Numbered from the stretch's first letter, positions 46,007 through 56,252 are shown. The stretch: 64,000 nucleotides of DNA from Alphaproteobacteria bacterium (GCA_041397885.1 JAWKVV010000002.1:48804-112803); one strand, 5' to 3'. Notes: a model not told the origin generated them from the letters alone. A program made the numbers and translations.

Positions 46007-46398
46007 CGATCGTCTTCGTCTTCTTCGTCCTCATCATCCAGATCTTCATCATCTAGATCATCAAGGTCGTCTTCATCTAAATCGTCCAGATCATCAGAAT
46101 CAATGCCAAGCGCATCTTCATCGTCGTCATCTAAATCGTCCTCGTCAACATCATCTAGGCTGACAATGTCGTCATCTGGGTCGATGTCATCAATTTCATC
46201 TTCATCATCTTCAATAGAAGAACGAGGGGCTTGTTTTACAGGCTCTTCCGCAATCGCAGAAACGCGTCCACGACGTGTTTTTATTTTTTCTTCGCCTGTA
46301 AATTCTGTTTCACAACCTGGGCAAATGATTGGGCTTTTATCCAAATCATAAAAACGCATACCACAACTCATACAAATGCGCTTTAAACCTTTAGACAT
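46003..46398 (-). CDS. FYDLN_acid (TIGR02300) family zinc-ribbon protein with poly-acidic tail
   Basis: CMSCGMRFYDLDKSPIICPGCETEF, followed by a long D/E tail. Confidence 0.75.
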   Translation of the reverse strand: MSKGLKRICMSCGMRFYDLDKSPIICPGCETEFTGEEKIKTRRGRVSAIAEEPVKQAPRSSIEDDEDEIDDIDPDDDIVSLDDVDEDDLDDDDEDALGIDSDDLDDLDEDDLDDLDDEDLDDEDEEDEDDR

Positions 46399-46620
46399 GG
46401 TGGGAAACTCCTTAAAAAAATATTTATTAAAATTACAGTTCTTTAACTGCCTTATTTTTACAGGGATGTCAAAAATATAATTGCTATTGATTCTCTAAGA
46501 TTATGTCTAATTATTCAAGAATTTATGAACAGTTGGTAGACCTCTAAAATCTTACGATATATAGTATTTTTGTAATTTTTTACGAATTTTCATTTTCTCA
46601 TTTGCGGAAAGGCTTCATCC

Positions 46621-47748
46621 ATGCAAACCCCTGTTGTGATCTGCGGTTATAAACGCTCTCCTTTTACTTTTGCGGGCAAGGGCGCCCTGGCAAAAACCCG
46701 TCCAGATGATATGGCGGCGGCTGTTATTAAGGCGTTGATTGCAGAAACGGGGGCTAGACCTGAAGATATTGAAGATATCTTGATGGGCTGTGCATTTCCT
46801 GAGGCTGAACAAGGTTTTAACATCGCCAAAATCGTGGCCCAGTTGGCGGGTCTACCAAATTCTGTGGCGGGGGCAACGGTTAACCGTTTCTGTGGTTCTT
46901 CCATGACCACCGTTCAAATGGCGGCGGGGTATATTCAAATGGGTGCGGGGGAACTGTTTGTCTGCGCAGGCGTAGAATCGATGAGCCGTATTCCCATGGG
47001 CGGATTTAATCCCATGCCCAACCCGAACATGATGGGTGTTTGCCCTGCGGCCTATATTGGCATGGGGGAAACGGCTGAAAATTTGGCTAAGAAATATAAA
47101 ATTGATCGCAATACGCAGGAAAATTTTGCGGTAGAGTCACAAAATAAAGCAGCCAGTGCACAAAAAGCAGGCAAATTTAAAGATGAAATTGTCCCCATTG
47201 ATGGGGTAAGTGAAGATGGCTGTATTCGTGAAGGGACAACCAAGGAAGCTTTAGAAGGATTAAAGCTCGCCTTTGATGAAAACGGGACGGTTACTGCGGG
47301 AACGGCGTCTCCCTTAACAGATGGAACGGCGGCTGTTTTGGTGGCGTCTGAGGCCTACGCCAAAAAACATAAACTTCCTATTATGGCGCGCATTGTTTCT
47401 GTTGGGGTGGCGGGCTGCGCCGCTGATATTATGGGGATCGGTCCCGTGCCTGCGACGCAGAAAGCTCTAAGCCGTGCAGGGCTGACCATTGATAAGATTG
47501 ATATTATTGAACTGAACGAAGCATTTGCGGTGCAATCTCTTTCTGTCATTCATGATCTAAAAATAGACCAAAAGAAACTTAACCTTGATGGCGGCGCCAT
47601 TGCTCTGGGGCATCCTCTGGGGGCTTCTGGTGCGCGGATTACGGGGAAATTGGCAAGCCTTCTTCAACGTGAAAAGAAAAAATTAGGTTTGGCGACCATG
47701 TGTATCGGCGGCGGTCAAGGTACAGCAATCATTTTGGAATCTGTTTGA
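46621..47748 (+). CDS. fadA: Acetyl-CoA C-acyltransferase (3-ketoacyl-CoA thiolase)
   Basis: 375 aa. NRFCGSSM active-site Cys region and C-terminal CIGGGQG thiolase signature. Confidence 0.85.
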   Translation: MQTPVVICGYKRSPFTFAGKGALAKTRPDDMAAAVIKALIAETGARPEDIEDILMGCAFPEAEQGFNIAKIVAQLAGLPNSVAGATVNRFCGSSMTTVQMAAGYIQMGAGELFVCAGVESMSRIPMGGFNPMPNPNMMGVCPAAYIGMGETAENLAKKYKIDRNTQENFAVESQNKAASAQKAGKFKDEIVPIDGVSEDGCIREGTTKEALEGLKLAFDENGTVTAGTASPLTDGTAAVLVASEAYAKKHKLPIMARIVSVGVAGCAADIMGIGPVPATQKALSRAGLTIDKIDIIELNEAFAVQSLSVIHDLKIDQKKLNLDGGAIALGHPLGASGARITGKLASLLQREKKKLGLATMCIGGGQGTAIILESV

Positions 47749-48026
47749 TGAACGATACCGAATTTGAAAAAATCATAGAACGCAATAAACGAGTTGAGGC
47801 AGATAAAGCGTGGGAAACTTCGGCGCCGCGCCGCGCTTTTATTGCCCTTGTGACTTACTGTATTGCGGCGCTTTATATGGGATATGCGGGGCTTGGAAAC
47901 CCGATTTTGGGGGCCTTTGTTCCAACGGGCGGCTATCTTCTTTCAACGCTGTCTCTTCCTTATCTTAAAAATTATTGGATTAAAAATTGTTATAAAAATC
48001 AGGAACCCCAAAAGGAAAAAGAATGA
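47748..48026 (+). CDS. Small membrane protein coupled between fadA and fadB
   Basis: 92 aa with two hydrophobic helices. Its ATG shares a base with the fadA TGA. Its TGA overlaps the fadB ATG (ATGA). Confidence 0.5.
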   Translation: MNDTEFEKIIERNKRVEADKAWETSAPRRAFIALVTYCIAALYMGYAGLGNPILGAFVPTGGYLLSTLSLPYLKNYWIKNCYKNQEPQKEKE

Positions 48027-50428
48027 CTGAAATCAATAAAGTTGCCGTGATTGGTGCGGGCGTTATGGGTAGCGGAATTGCCGCCCAAATTGCCAATGCT
48101 GGGGTGCCAGTGGTTTTGCTGGATATTGTTCCTAAAGATGCGCCAGACCGAAACATCATTGCCAAAGGCGCAATTGATAAAATGTTGAAGGCTGATCCTG
48201 CACCCTTCATGTCCAAGAAAAATGCCAAATTGATTGAGGTTGGCAATTTAGAAGATGATCTTGAAAAACTAAAAGATTGTGACTGGATCGTTGAGGTTGT
48301 TTTGGAGGATTTAAAAATCAAACATGCAACTTACGAAAAAATTCAAAAACATCGTAAAAAAGGCTCGATCGTTACATCCAATACATCGACAATACCGCTC
48401 ACTAAACTTGTTGACGGCCAACCAAAAGATTTTTCTAAAGATTTTATGATCACACATTTTTTTAATCCGCCGCGTTATATGCGCCTGCTTGAAATTGTAA
48501 CGGGTAAGAACACAGATCAAAAAGCGGTCGAAACAATTCAAGAATTTTGTGATGTGCGTCTTGGGAAGGGAGTTGTCTTTTGTAAAGATACCCCTGGATT
48601 TATTGTAAATCGCTTGCTTGTGTTCTGGATGCAGACCGCGTTGAACGTGGCTGTAGAAGATAAAGTCCCGTTGGAGGTGGCAGACGCGGTCATGGGAAAA
48701 CCCATCGGTGTTCCTAAAACCGCTGTTTTCGGGCTGATTGATCTGGTTGGGGTAGATCTGATGCCCTATCTGGCCAATTCTATGCTATCCAGTTTGCCCA
48801 AAAATGATGCCTATATAAAAATTTATCAGGATTATCCTTTCGTGAAGGAAATGATTGCGGCGGGGTATAACGGCCGTAAAGGTAAAGGTGGGTTTTATCG
48901 TCTTAACCCTGATGCCTCTTCTGGCGGTAAAGAAAAACAGACGCTTGATCTCAATCCCCAAAAATTTGATGAAAGTCAGTATCGTAAAAGTGAAAAACAA
49001 ACACTTGCTTCTGTTGGTGCAGGAAAAAAAGGTTTGCGCGCCGTTGTTGAAACGGATGACATTGGTGGTCACTATGCGTGGAAAGTATTAAGTCAGACGC
49101 TGGCTTACGCGGCCTCCCTTGTGCCGCAAATTGCTGATGATATCGCCAGTGTTGATGAGGCTATGCGTCTGGGTACCAATTGGAAAAAAGGCCCGTTTGA
49201 GATGATTGATCAGCTCGGCCCTAAATGGTTTGCTGATAAATTGCGCGCTGAAAAAATGGAGGTTCCGCCGCTGTTGGACGCTGTGGGGGATGGGACTTTC
49301 TACCGTGTTGAAAATGGTAAATTACAGGCGTTTGGTACAGATAAAAAATATCATGATGTAAAGCGCGCCAAAGGGGTCCTTTTGCTCAGTGACATTAAAT
49401 TATCTCATGAACCCGTTATTAAGACCGCTAGCGCCTCGGTTTGGGATATTGGCGATGGTGTTCTTTGTGTTGAATTTACAGGGAAAATGAATGCGCTGGA
49501 TGATCAGGTTTTCGCGGCCTATCAACAGGCGATTAAACTTATCGGTGATGGATCTGGTGATTATAAAGCCATGGTCATTTACAATGAAGGATCCCATTTT
49601 TCTGCAGGTGCAAATTTAGGCTTGGCAATTTTTGCGATGAATATTGCGATGTGGGCACAAATTGAAGAACTTGTGGTGGGCGGACAGAAAATTTATAAAG
49701 CGCTCAAATATGCGCCATTCCCTGTTGTGTCTGCACCAAGCGGTATGGCACTGGGCGGGGGATGTGAAATCCTTCTTCATTCTGATCATGTGCAAGCCCA
49801 TGCTGAAACCTATACAGGGCTTGTAGAGGTGGGTGTGGGGCTTATTCCTGGATGGGGAGGGTGTAAGGAAATGCTTCTGCGCTATCAAGAGCAAGAACGC
49901 AAAGATTACGATAAAGCTACAGGCGGGAAACGTCTTTGGTTTTCACCCAAAAATACACCCATGGGGGCTGTGCGTAAGGTTTTTGAATTAATCGCAATGG
50001 CTACCGTGGCAAAATCTGCCCAAGAGGCTAAAGAATATAAATATCTGCGTGATAGTGATGGTATTACGATGAATCGTGATCGTTTGCTCTATGACGCCAA
50101 ACAAAAAGCAATCGAACTTTCTAAAAACTATCAAGCGCCGCAGCCTATTGACTCTATTCCTGTGCCAGGACCTTCAGGAAAACTGGCGCTGGATATGGCT
50201 GTGGCAGATTTGCGAAAATCAGGCAAGGCAACACCTTATGATGTGACGGTTTCCAGTGCGGTGGCCTCTGTCCTGACAGGCGGTGCAAAAGGGGATTGGA
50301 CAACCCCCCTTCATGAAGATGATGTCTATAAACTTGAACATGCAGAATTCATGCAACTTGTTCGTCACGAAGGAACACAGGCACGGATTGAACATATGTT
50401 AGAAACAGGAAAACCGCTACGTAATTAG
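48023..50428 (+). CDS. fadB: Fused 3-hydroxyacyl-CoA dehydrogenase / enoyl-CoA hydratase (801 aa)
   Basis: N-terminal Rossmann motif VAVIGAGVMGSGIAAQ. C-terminal crotonase-like region (FSAGANL...GGGCEILL). Confidence 0.8.
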   Translation: MTEINKVAVIGAGVMGSGIAAQIANAGVPVVLLDIVPKDAPDRNIIAKGAIDKMLKADPAPFMSKKNAKLIEVGNLEDDLEKLKDCDWIVEVVLEDLKIKHATYEKIQKHRKKGSIVTSNTSTIPLTKLVDGQPKDFSKDFMITHFFNPPRYMRLLEIVTGKNTDQKAVETIQEFCDVRLGKGVVFCKDTPGFIVNRLLVFWMQTALNVAVEDKVPLEVADAVMGKPIGVPKTAVFGLIDLVGVDLMPYLANSMLSSLPKNDAYIKIYQDYPFVKEMIAAGYNGRKGKGGFYRLNPDASSGGKEKQTLDLNPQKFDESQYRKSEKQTLASVGAGKKGLRAVVETDDIGGHYAWKVLSQTLAYAASLVPQIADDIASVDEAMRLGTNWKKGPFEMIDQLGPKWFADKLRAEKMEVPPLLDAVGDGTFYRVENGKLQAFGTDKKYHDVKRAKGVLLLSDIKLSHEPVIKTASASVWDIGDGVLCVEFTGKMNALDDQVFAAYQQAIKLIGDGSGDYKAMVIYNEGSHFSAGANLGLAIFAMNIAMWAQIEELVVGGQKIYKALKYAPFPVVSAPSGMALGGGCEILLHSDHVQAHAETYTGLVEVGVGLIPGWGGCKEMLLRYQEQERKDYDKATGGKRLWFSPKNTPMGAVRKVFELIAMATVAKSAQEAKEYKYLRDSDGITMNRDRLLYDAKQKAIELSKNYQAPQPIDSIPVPGPSGKLALDMAVADLRKSGKATPYDVTVSSAVASVLTGGAKGDWTTPLHEDDVYKLEHAEFMQLVRHEGTQARIEHMLETGKPLRN

Positions 50429-50433
50429 AGAAC

Positions 50434-50462
50434 AAAAAACGGGGCTTTAGGCCCCGTTTTTA
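50434..50462. terminator. Bidirectional rho-independent terminator between convergent fadB and a lipoprotein gene
   Basis: AAAAAA-CGGGGC-tttag-GCCCCG-TTTTT: perfect 6-bp GC stem flanked by an A-run and a T-run. Confidence 0.7.
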
Positions 50463-50482
50463 AATTCTTATCGTTTAAAACT

Positions 50483-50794
50483 TTATTTAGAAATTGTTGT
50501 GAATTGCGGCTCCGCACTTTGCATGATCGGCGTATCATCAATCACAGGCTCTGGCGCAGGCGGAGGTGGTGCTTGAACCACAGGCTCTGGCGCAGGCTCT
50601 GGTGCAGGCGCAGGCTGTACATAAGCTTTTTTCTTATTGGCTTGTACCGTGCGTTCCTCAGTATAGGCACTACCACGGCTACACTCATCCAATTCATCAT
50701 TACAGGTTGGAAGACCGTTACAGGCGCTTAAAGCGAGGACAGATGATGAAACAAGCGCAAAAGCGGCTATTTTTGATCCAAATTTAGTTATCAT
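50483..50794 (-). CDS. Small Pro-rich lipoprotein
   Basis: Lipobox LALSAC. APAPEPAPEP...PPPPAPEP repeats. Confidence 0.55.
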   Translation of the reverse strand: MITKFGSKIAAFALVSSSVLALSACNGLPTCNDELDECSRGSAYTEERTVQANKKKAYVQPAPAPEPAPEPVVQAPPPPAPEPVIDDTPIMQSAEPQFTTISK

Positions 50795-50878
50795 TATGGA
50801 ATTCCTTATATATGTATTGTCTGTAAGTATTTATACTTATGCAGAAGAATACATAAAAAACAATAAGATGACAAGAAA

Positions 50879-52447
50879 TCAGCGCTTATCGCTTAAATAA
50901 CGACGTTCCAAGTGTTTCAAAAGGGAATCTGGGCTTAATTCACGGCCTAGAATGTCCTTCATTGTCGCAAATGTTCCTTTTGAATGACCAACATCATGGA
51001 TATTGCTCTTAATCCAACGACCGATACTGCCGAAGCTTCCCTTTTGAATATTTTTGGGAAGGTCTTCAATCTGGTTATATAGCTTGTCATGAAGCTCTGC
51101 GGCAATAATATGCGACAATGTGTTGGTTGGAATAAATCCAAATCGTCCTGTAAACCAATCAGGATTTTGCAGAATACCTTCAGCAGAATTTTTAGGCGTT
51201 GTCCCCAAAAGATTCTTACTTTCTTCATTCCAACGATCTTGAATTTCTTTAACCTCAAGACCACCATTAATTAAATCACGTTCCATTCGGTATCTTAAAA
51301 TATCATGGAAAATTTTGCTTAATTCATCCGCATCATTTCGGATACTTGTTGGGTTAATAACTTTTTTAAGTTGATAAAGATTTTCAGGCTCAAAAGATTT
51401 GTTTTTAAATTGTCTGAATACGCCTTCGGCACGCACAGAAATAAAATCAAAAAATTGTGGTGTGCGGCCAATGATGGTTTCATAAAGCTGGCTTAGGGCA
51501 TTCATCATGATGGCGCCTTGGTCTTGTCCTACAGGTTGGCTATGCCATTCTTGTGGTAAATTTTGGTAATACAGGCCGCGCGCGCCTTGATAAAGGGTGT
51601 CTTCTAGCGAATCAAGAAAACTGTTACTGTCTCCACATCGTACCAAAATCCTGACATCATCGGGGTTTCCGCCTGTCATTGGACTAAGGTTAGAGACATA
51701 CAGACCTCCGCGTTCAAAATCAAACCCCATCATCTCAAGGACAGTTCTATTCAGCCACATTTGGTCTTTTTTGCTAAAATCACCATCCAGAGGAAGAGGG
51801 TCTTCCTGTTGTTTTTGTTTTGCTAATGCGCTGTCATAAATGGTTTTTAACGGGTCAAGTAAACTCGCATATAAATCATCCATTTGACGGTCAGAAATAT
51901 CACTGGCATATCCCATCAAAAGGGAACGATAAGGGCTTGGTGTATTAAATTTCTTTTGTTTTAATTCTGAAATTCTTTTGTAAAGATCAATAACTTTTTC
52001 AAGATACGGTTGCGCAGATTTCCAGTCATTTTGTTTTAAGGCCTGCACATGAATTTTACGCCCCTCATTGGCGACCTGTACGGAGGAAATATAAAGCTCA
52101 GGGGGAAGCGCTGATAAATGCGAATGAATGCGGCGCATCTCTCTTAAATTGGCTTTGTCCCACTCATTCCAGTTTTCTGGATGTTTAGCGGCTTCATTTT
52201 CGACTTTATCCAATAAATTTGTAACGGTCGGTGTTGTTGTTTCGGCATAGATCCGTTTTGTGATGGATGAAATATCCTTGATACGGCGGGCGATGCTCCC
52301 TGCAGGCATGGCGGTCATCATATCAATGGCCAATGTATTACGGATAGAAAACATGGTGTTCAGGTTGGCGAAATAGAATTTCAGGTCATTATACCCTGCC
52401 GCTGGTTCTGATACGGTTTTCAATGGTGCAGTTTCATTCATAATCAA
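50879..52447 (-). CDS. M32 (carboxypeptidase Taq-like) homolog lacking the zinc-binding HExxH
   Basis: M32 landmarks are retained: DVRIL (DxRxT-like), IRNDAD (IRxxAD), and GILQNPDW (GxxQDxHW-like). HPF is SPM, and the HExxH position reads LYQGAR. Confidence 0.65.
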   Translation of the reverse strand: MIMNETAPLKTVSEPAAGYNDLKFYFANLNTMFSIRNTLAIDMMTAMPAGSIARRIKDISSITKRIYAETTTPTVTNLLDKVENEAAKHPENWNEWDKANLREMRRIHSHLSALPPELYISSVQVANEGRKIHVQALKQNDWKSAQPYLEKVIDLYKRISELKQKKFNTPSPYRSLLMGYASDISDRQMDDLYASLLDPLKTIYDSALAKQKQQEDPLPLDGDFSKKDQMWLNRTVLEMMGFDFERGGLYVSNLSPMTGGNPDDVRILVRCGDSNSFLDSLEDTLYQGARGLYYQNLPQEWHSQPVGQDQGAIMMNALSQLYETIIGRTPQFFDFISVRAEGVFRQFKNKSFEPENLYQLKKVINPTSIRNDADELSKIFHDILRYRMERDLINGGLEVKEIQDRWNEESKNLLGTTPKNSAEGILQNPDWFTGRFGFIPTNTLSHIIAAELHDKLYNQIEDLPKNIQKGSFGSIGRWIKSNIHDVGHSKGTFATMKDILGRELSPDSLLKHLERRYLSDKR

Positions 52448-52570
52448 AGACCCTCTTAATATGTGATAGATGCAATTTTAAATCTTTAAGCATTATAGCT
52501 TCTCTCATTCAGGTTAAGAATCTTTTAATGCCGCTGAGATAATATAAATTCAGATTATAAAGGGGGAATT

Positions 52571-52804
52571 ATGTTCTGGAAAAAGAAGTCGAAAGAGGCA
52601 AAACCAAGCCGTGAAGCCATCTTACGCCAGGCTCAGGCCGATATGGCGGCAAAACGGGCGGAAATTGGTGAACAAACGCTTGATCATATCAGGCAGGCCA
52701 TCGCAGGCCATGAAAATTCAGCCCTTGAAAAGGCTAAAAAACAGATTTTAAATGCCGATGAGGACAAAGTTCGTGATCATATTGATCTATGGTTGAAGGA
52801 ATAA
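52571..52804 (+). CDS. Small hypothetical protein (77 aa)
   Basis: ORF with a GGGGGA RBS-like element. Charged, helical composition. Confidence 0.4.
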   Translation: MFWKKKSKEAKPSREAILRQAQADMAAKRAEIGEQTLDHIRQAIAGHENSALEKAKKQILNADEDKVRDHIDLWLKE

Positions 52805-52886
52805 TTTACATCATAAATCATAGAAAACCCTCATAATTAAGCTTATAATATTGTTACCTATTTTTTAAATTATCAGAAGAGATTAA

Positions 52887-54665
52887 ATGCCTGTTTATAC
52901 CGCCCCTATGGAAGATATTAAGTTCGTTCTTCATGATGTTCTTAATATTGCAGAACTAACGAAAATTGAAAAATTTGAAGAAGCGACTCCTGATCTGATT
53001 GATCAAATTTTAGAAGAAGGGGCAAAACTTTGTGAGTCCGTCCTATTCCCGATCAACCAAAGCGGTGATGCGGAAGGATGTACTTTTAAAGAGGGTGACG
53101 TCACAACGCCCAAGGGTTTTAAGGAAGCTTATGATGCCTTTACCCAAGGCGGATGGTGCGGGGTATCGGCAGATCCAGAATATGGCGGTATGGGGCTTCC
53201 CATGACGGTCAATACGGTGATGCAGGAAATGATCTGCTCTGCCAATTTTTCTTTCGGAATGTATCCTGGTCTCTCGCAAGGGGCTTATGAGGCACTGCAT
53301 CACTATGGGACAGATGAACAAAAACAAACCTATCTGCCTAAACTTATTACAGGAGAATGGTCAGGCACCATGTGTTTGACAGAACCGCACTGTGGAACAG
53401 ATTTGGGGCTTATCCGCACGAAGGCCGTCCCCAATGAAGATGACTCTTACAACATAACAGGAACTAAAATTTTTATCTCCGCAGGGGAACATGATTTATC
53501 AGAAAATATTATTCATTTGGTTTTGGCTAAACTTCCTGATGCTCCAGAAGGGGTGAAGGGAATTTCCCTTTTTGTTGTTCCCAAATTTTTACCAGAAGGC
53601 ATGATCCGTAATCCCATCCATTGTGGCTCTATTGAGCATAAAATGGGCATTAAAGCATCTAGCACCTGCGTTATGAATTTAGAAAACGCCAAAGGCTGGC
53701 TTGTGGGTGAAAAACATAAAGGGCTGAAGGCCATGTTTACCATGATGAATGCTGCCCGCTTGGGGGTTGCCATGCAGGGACTTGGTATTGCGGAAGTGGC
53801 CTATCAAAACGGTTTGGCTTACGCGAAAGATCGTTTGCAAATGCGTGCTCTTGATGGGGTAAAGGCCCCTGATAAGCCTGCTGATCCTATTATTGTTCAC
53901 CCAGATGTCCGCCGTATGCTTTTGACGTCAAAGGCATTTTGTGAAGGGGCGCGGGCGCTATCTTACTGGGTTGGTAAAAATCTTGATATATCGCTTCATC
54001 ATCAAGATGAAGATGAGCGCCAAAAAGCCGATGACCTTGTCGCCCTTTTAACGCCGATTGTGAAGGCGTATCAGACCGATATGGGGTTTGAAGTTTCCTC
54101 ACTGGCTATGCAAATTCATGGCGGTCATGGTTATATTTGGGAATATGGTGTGGAGCAATATGCACGTGATGCCCGTATTGCGATGATTTATGAAGGCACA
54201 AATGGCATTCAGGCGCTTGATCTTGTGGGGCGTAAAATGGGGGCTCACATGGGACGGTATTTGCGCCGTTTCTTCCATCCTGTGAACGAATATATTGAAA
54301 AAAACATGGCAAATCCTGATTTGCAGGAATTTATTTTACCTCTGGCAAAATCTTTTGCGAAGCTACAACAATCGACAGCTATTATTGCCCAGAAAGGCTT
54401 AAAAGATCCAACAGAGGCTGGGGCTGCTTCGGTCGACTATTTGCGTATGTTTGCGCTTGTTTCCCTTGGTTTTATGTGGGTACAAATGGCTGAAGTGGCG
54501 CTTAAAAAAATAGCGGAGGGCAGTAATAATAAAAAATTCTATGAAGCAAAAATAAAAACCGCTCGTTTTTTCTTCTCTCGCATGTTACCAGAGGCAGATT
54601 GGCACTTTAAGGCTATCATGGCAGGTGCAGATAGTTTAATGTCCCACGGCGAAGACGAATTTTAA
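52887..54665 (+). CDS. Long-type acyl-CoA dehydrogenase (592 aa)
   Basis: CLTEPHCGTDLG and IYEGTNGIQALDL motifs of the ACAD family, plus a C-terminal extension. Confidence 0.8.
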   Translation: MPVYTAPMEDIKFVLHDVLNIAELTKIEKFEEATPDLIDQILEEGAKLCESVLFPINQSGDAEGCTFKEGDVTTPKGFKEAYDAFTQGGWCGVSADPEYGGMGLPMTVNTVMQEMICSANFSFGMYPGLSQGAYEALHHYGTDEQKQTYLPKLITGEWSGTMCLTEPHCGTDLGLIRTKAVPNEDDSYNITGTKIFISAGEHDLSENIIHLVLAKLPDAPEGVKGISLFVVPKFLPEGMIRNPIHCGSIEHKMGIKASSTCVMNLENAKGWLVGEKHKGLKAMFTMMNAARLGVAMQGLGIAEVAYQNGLAYAKDRLQMRALDGVKAPDKPADPIIVHPDVRRMLLTSKAFCEGARALSYWVGKNLDISLHHQDEDERQKADDLVALLTPIVKAYQTDMGFEVSSLAMQIHGGHGYIWEYGVEQYARDARIAMIYEGTNGIQALDLVGRKMGAHMGRYLRRFFHPVNEYIEKNMANPDLQEFILPLAKSFAKLQQSTAIIAQKGLKDPTEAGAASVDYLRMFALVSLGFMWVQMAEVALKKIAEGSNNKKFYEAKIKTARFFFSRMLPEADWHFKAIMAGADSLMSHGEDEF

Positions 54666-54675
54666 GGGTTTTTCT

Positions 54676-55119
54676 ATGTTTCAGCGCAATTTAACCGAAG
54701 AAGAGATTTCACAGGCTCTTGAAAGGGGAGATAAACGCGCTTATACGCTTATAAAAGATGCCCCTCTCTCTAAACTTAACGAAGCTTTTGAAAGAGTTGC
54801 ACTCAGTACACAAGCTTGCTTGGACAATTTTGACAAATCATTATTTTTAGGAAGAGAGAATCATAAAAAATCTGAAGTTGTTCTGAAGGCAATGATTCTA
54901 GGCGCTTTTTCTGGTGTTGCAACATTGGAAAGAATAGAAGATGAAATAGATAGGCAATCTAATGTTTCAATGTTCAAACGCCAAAGTAACGCATTACATA
55001 TGGCACTTTTAAAAGCAGTCAACGTTTATAAAACAAATGGTGAAAGCGATGATGTTGCTCTAGATGCTGAATCTACCATTGCTCGCTATCATCATAATCA
55101 TCCATTATGCGCAGCATAA
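54676..55119 (+). CDS. Hypothetical protein (147 aa)
   Basis: ORF tightly packed between the ACAD gene and panC. No motif recognised. Confidence 0.45.
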   Translation: MFQRNLTEEEISQALERGDKRAYTLIKDAPLSKLNEAFERVALSTQACLDNFDKSLFLGRENHKKSEVVLKAMILGAFSGVATLERIEDEIDRQSNVSMFKRQSNALHMALLKAVNVYKTNGESDDVALDAESTIARYHHNHPLCAA

Positions 55120-55120
55120 A

Positions 55121-55918
55121 ATGCAACAGCTTAAAACTCTTTCTGATCTAAAAAATTTTCAAAAATCTATAAAAGGTAAAACTCTTTCTTTCGTTCCAAC
55201 CATGGGCGCGCTTCATGCGGGGCACATTGCTCTGGTGGAAGAGGGGTTAAAACAAGCAGATATCTGCCTGCCTTATATCTACATCAATCCTACACAATTT
55301 GCTGCACATGAGGATTTGGATCAATACCCCCGCACGTTAGAGGCGGATTTAGCAAAACTTGAAAACGCAGGCGCTCAGGCTGTTTGGCTGCCTTCAACAA
55401 CCGATATTTATCCTAACGGTACGAAAACAGATGTCCATATCGATGGAATCACCGAAGAACTGGAAGGGGAGTTTCGTCCACATTTCTTTGATGGTGTGAC
55501 AACGGTCGTGGCACGGATGTTCCGTTTGGCAAAACCTGATATTGCTCTTTTTGGTGAAAAAGATTTTCAACAGTTACAAGTTATTAAAAAAATGACCCAC
55601 GAACTTGATTTTCCAATTCAAATTATTGGCGTTCCGACGCAGCGTGATAAAAATGGTTTGGCACTTTCATCACGCAATGCATACTTAAGTGAAGAACAAT
55701 ATGAAATAGCAATTGAGCTGAATAAAATCTTAGTTCAGTTGGCGCAGAATATGGTAACAGAAAAACAAGCCACACAGTTACTTCTTAATTGTGGGTTTGA
55801 TAAAGTGGATTATTGCGTTCAACGCAACAGCGAAACTTTTGGAGCTGAAAATCCGAATAGGGTATTGGCGGCAGTTCATCTTGGCAAAACCCGGTTAATT
55901 GATAATATGCCTATGTAA
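55121..55918 (+). CDS. panC: Pantoate--beta-alanine ligase
   Basis: VPTMGALHAGHIALV (HIGH-like) and FGEKDFQQ motifs. I chose the ATG at 55121, directly after the upstream stop. Confidence 0.9.
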   Translation: MQQLKTLSDLKNFQKSIKGKTLSFVPTMGALHAGHIALVEEGLKQADICLPYIYINPTQFAAHEDLDQYPRTLEADLAKLENAGAQAVWLPSTTDIYPNGTKTDVHIDGITEELEGEFRPHFFDGVTTVVARMFRLAKPDIALFGEKDFQQLQVIKKMTHELDFPIQIIGVPTQRDKNGLALSSRNAYLSEEQYEIAIELNKILVQLAQNMVTEKQATQLLLNCGFDKVDYCVQRNSETFGAENPNRVLAAVHLGKTRLIDNMPM

Positions 55919-55949
55919 TCTTGAGCAATATAAGAAAAGGAGAGAGAGC

Positions 55950-56252
55950 ATGTCTTTAGAAAACGTTACCGAAGCAATTAAATCAAAAATGGCGTTAGCC
56001 GCTGGTTTAGATGCGAAGGTAAAATTTGACTTTGCAGATGACGGGGTCATTTTTGTAGATGCAACACAAAACCCACCAGAAGTTTCAAATGAAGATAAAG
56101 AGGCGGATTGCACTTTAAAATGCTCTATCGCAACTTTCCAGGCCATGATGGATGGCACACAAGACCCAACTTTGGCGTTTATGATGGGAAAGCTGAAAGT
56201 TGAAGGTTCTATGGGCCTTGCTATGAAGCTTAATTCTATCATTGAGGATTAA
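55950..56252 (+). CDS. SCP2 sterol/lipid-carrier domain protein
   Basis: About 100 aa. ...FQAMMDGTQDPTLAFMMGKLKVEGSMGLAMKL is the SCP2 C-terminal signature. AAGGAGAG RBS before the ATG at 55950. Confidence 0.75.
   Translation: MSLENVTEAIKSKMALAAGLDAKVKFDFADDGVIFVDATQNPPEVSNEDKEADCTLKCSIATFQAMMDGTQDPTLAFMMGKLKVEGSMGLAMKLNSIIED

Noticed and set aside
46103-46351. Ser-rich 82-aa ORF on the plus strand.
   Set aside because: It is the antisense reading of the poly-Asp/Glu tail of the FYDLN_acid gene (GAT/GAA repeats read as ATC/TTC/TCx). It is a low-complexity artefact.
50504-50787. Two Arg/Trp-rich plus-strand ORFs.
   Set aside because: They are antisense to the Pro-rich repeat (APAPEP) of the lipoprotein gene at 50483-50794. 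This is a repeat-driven artefact.
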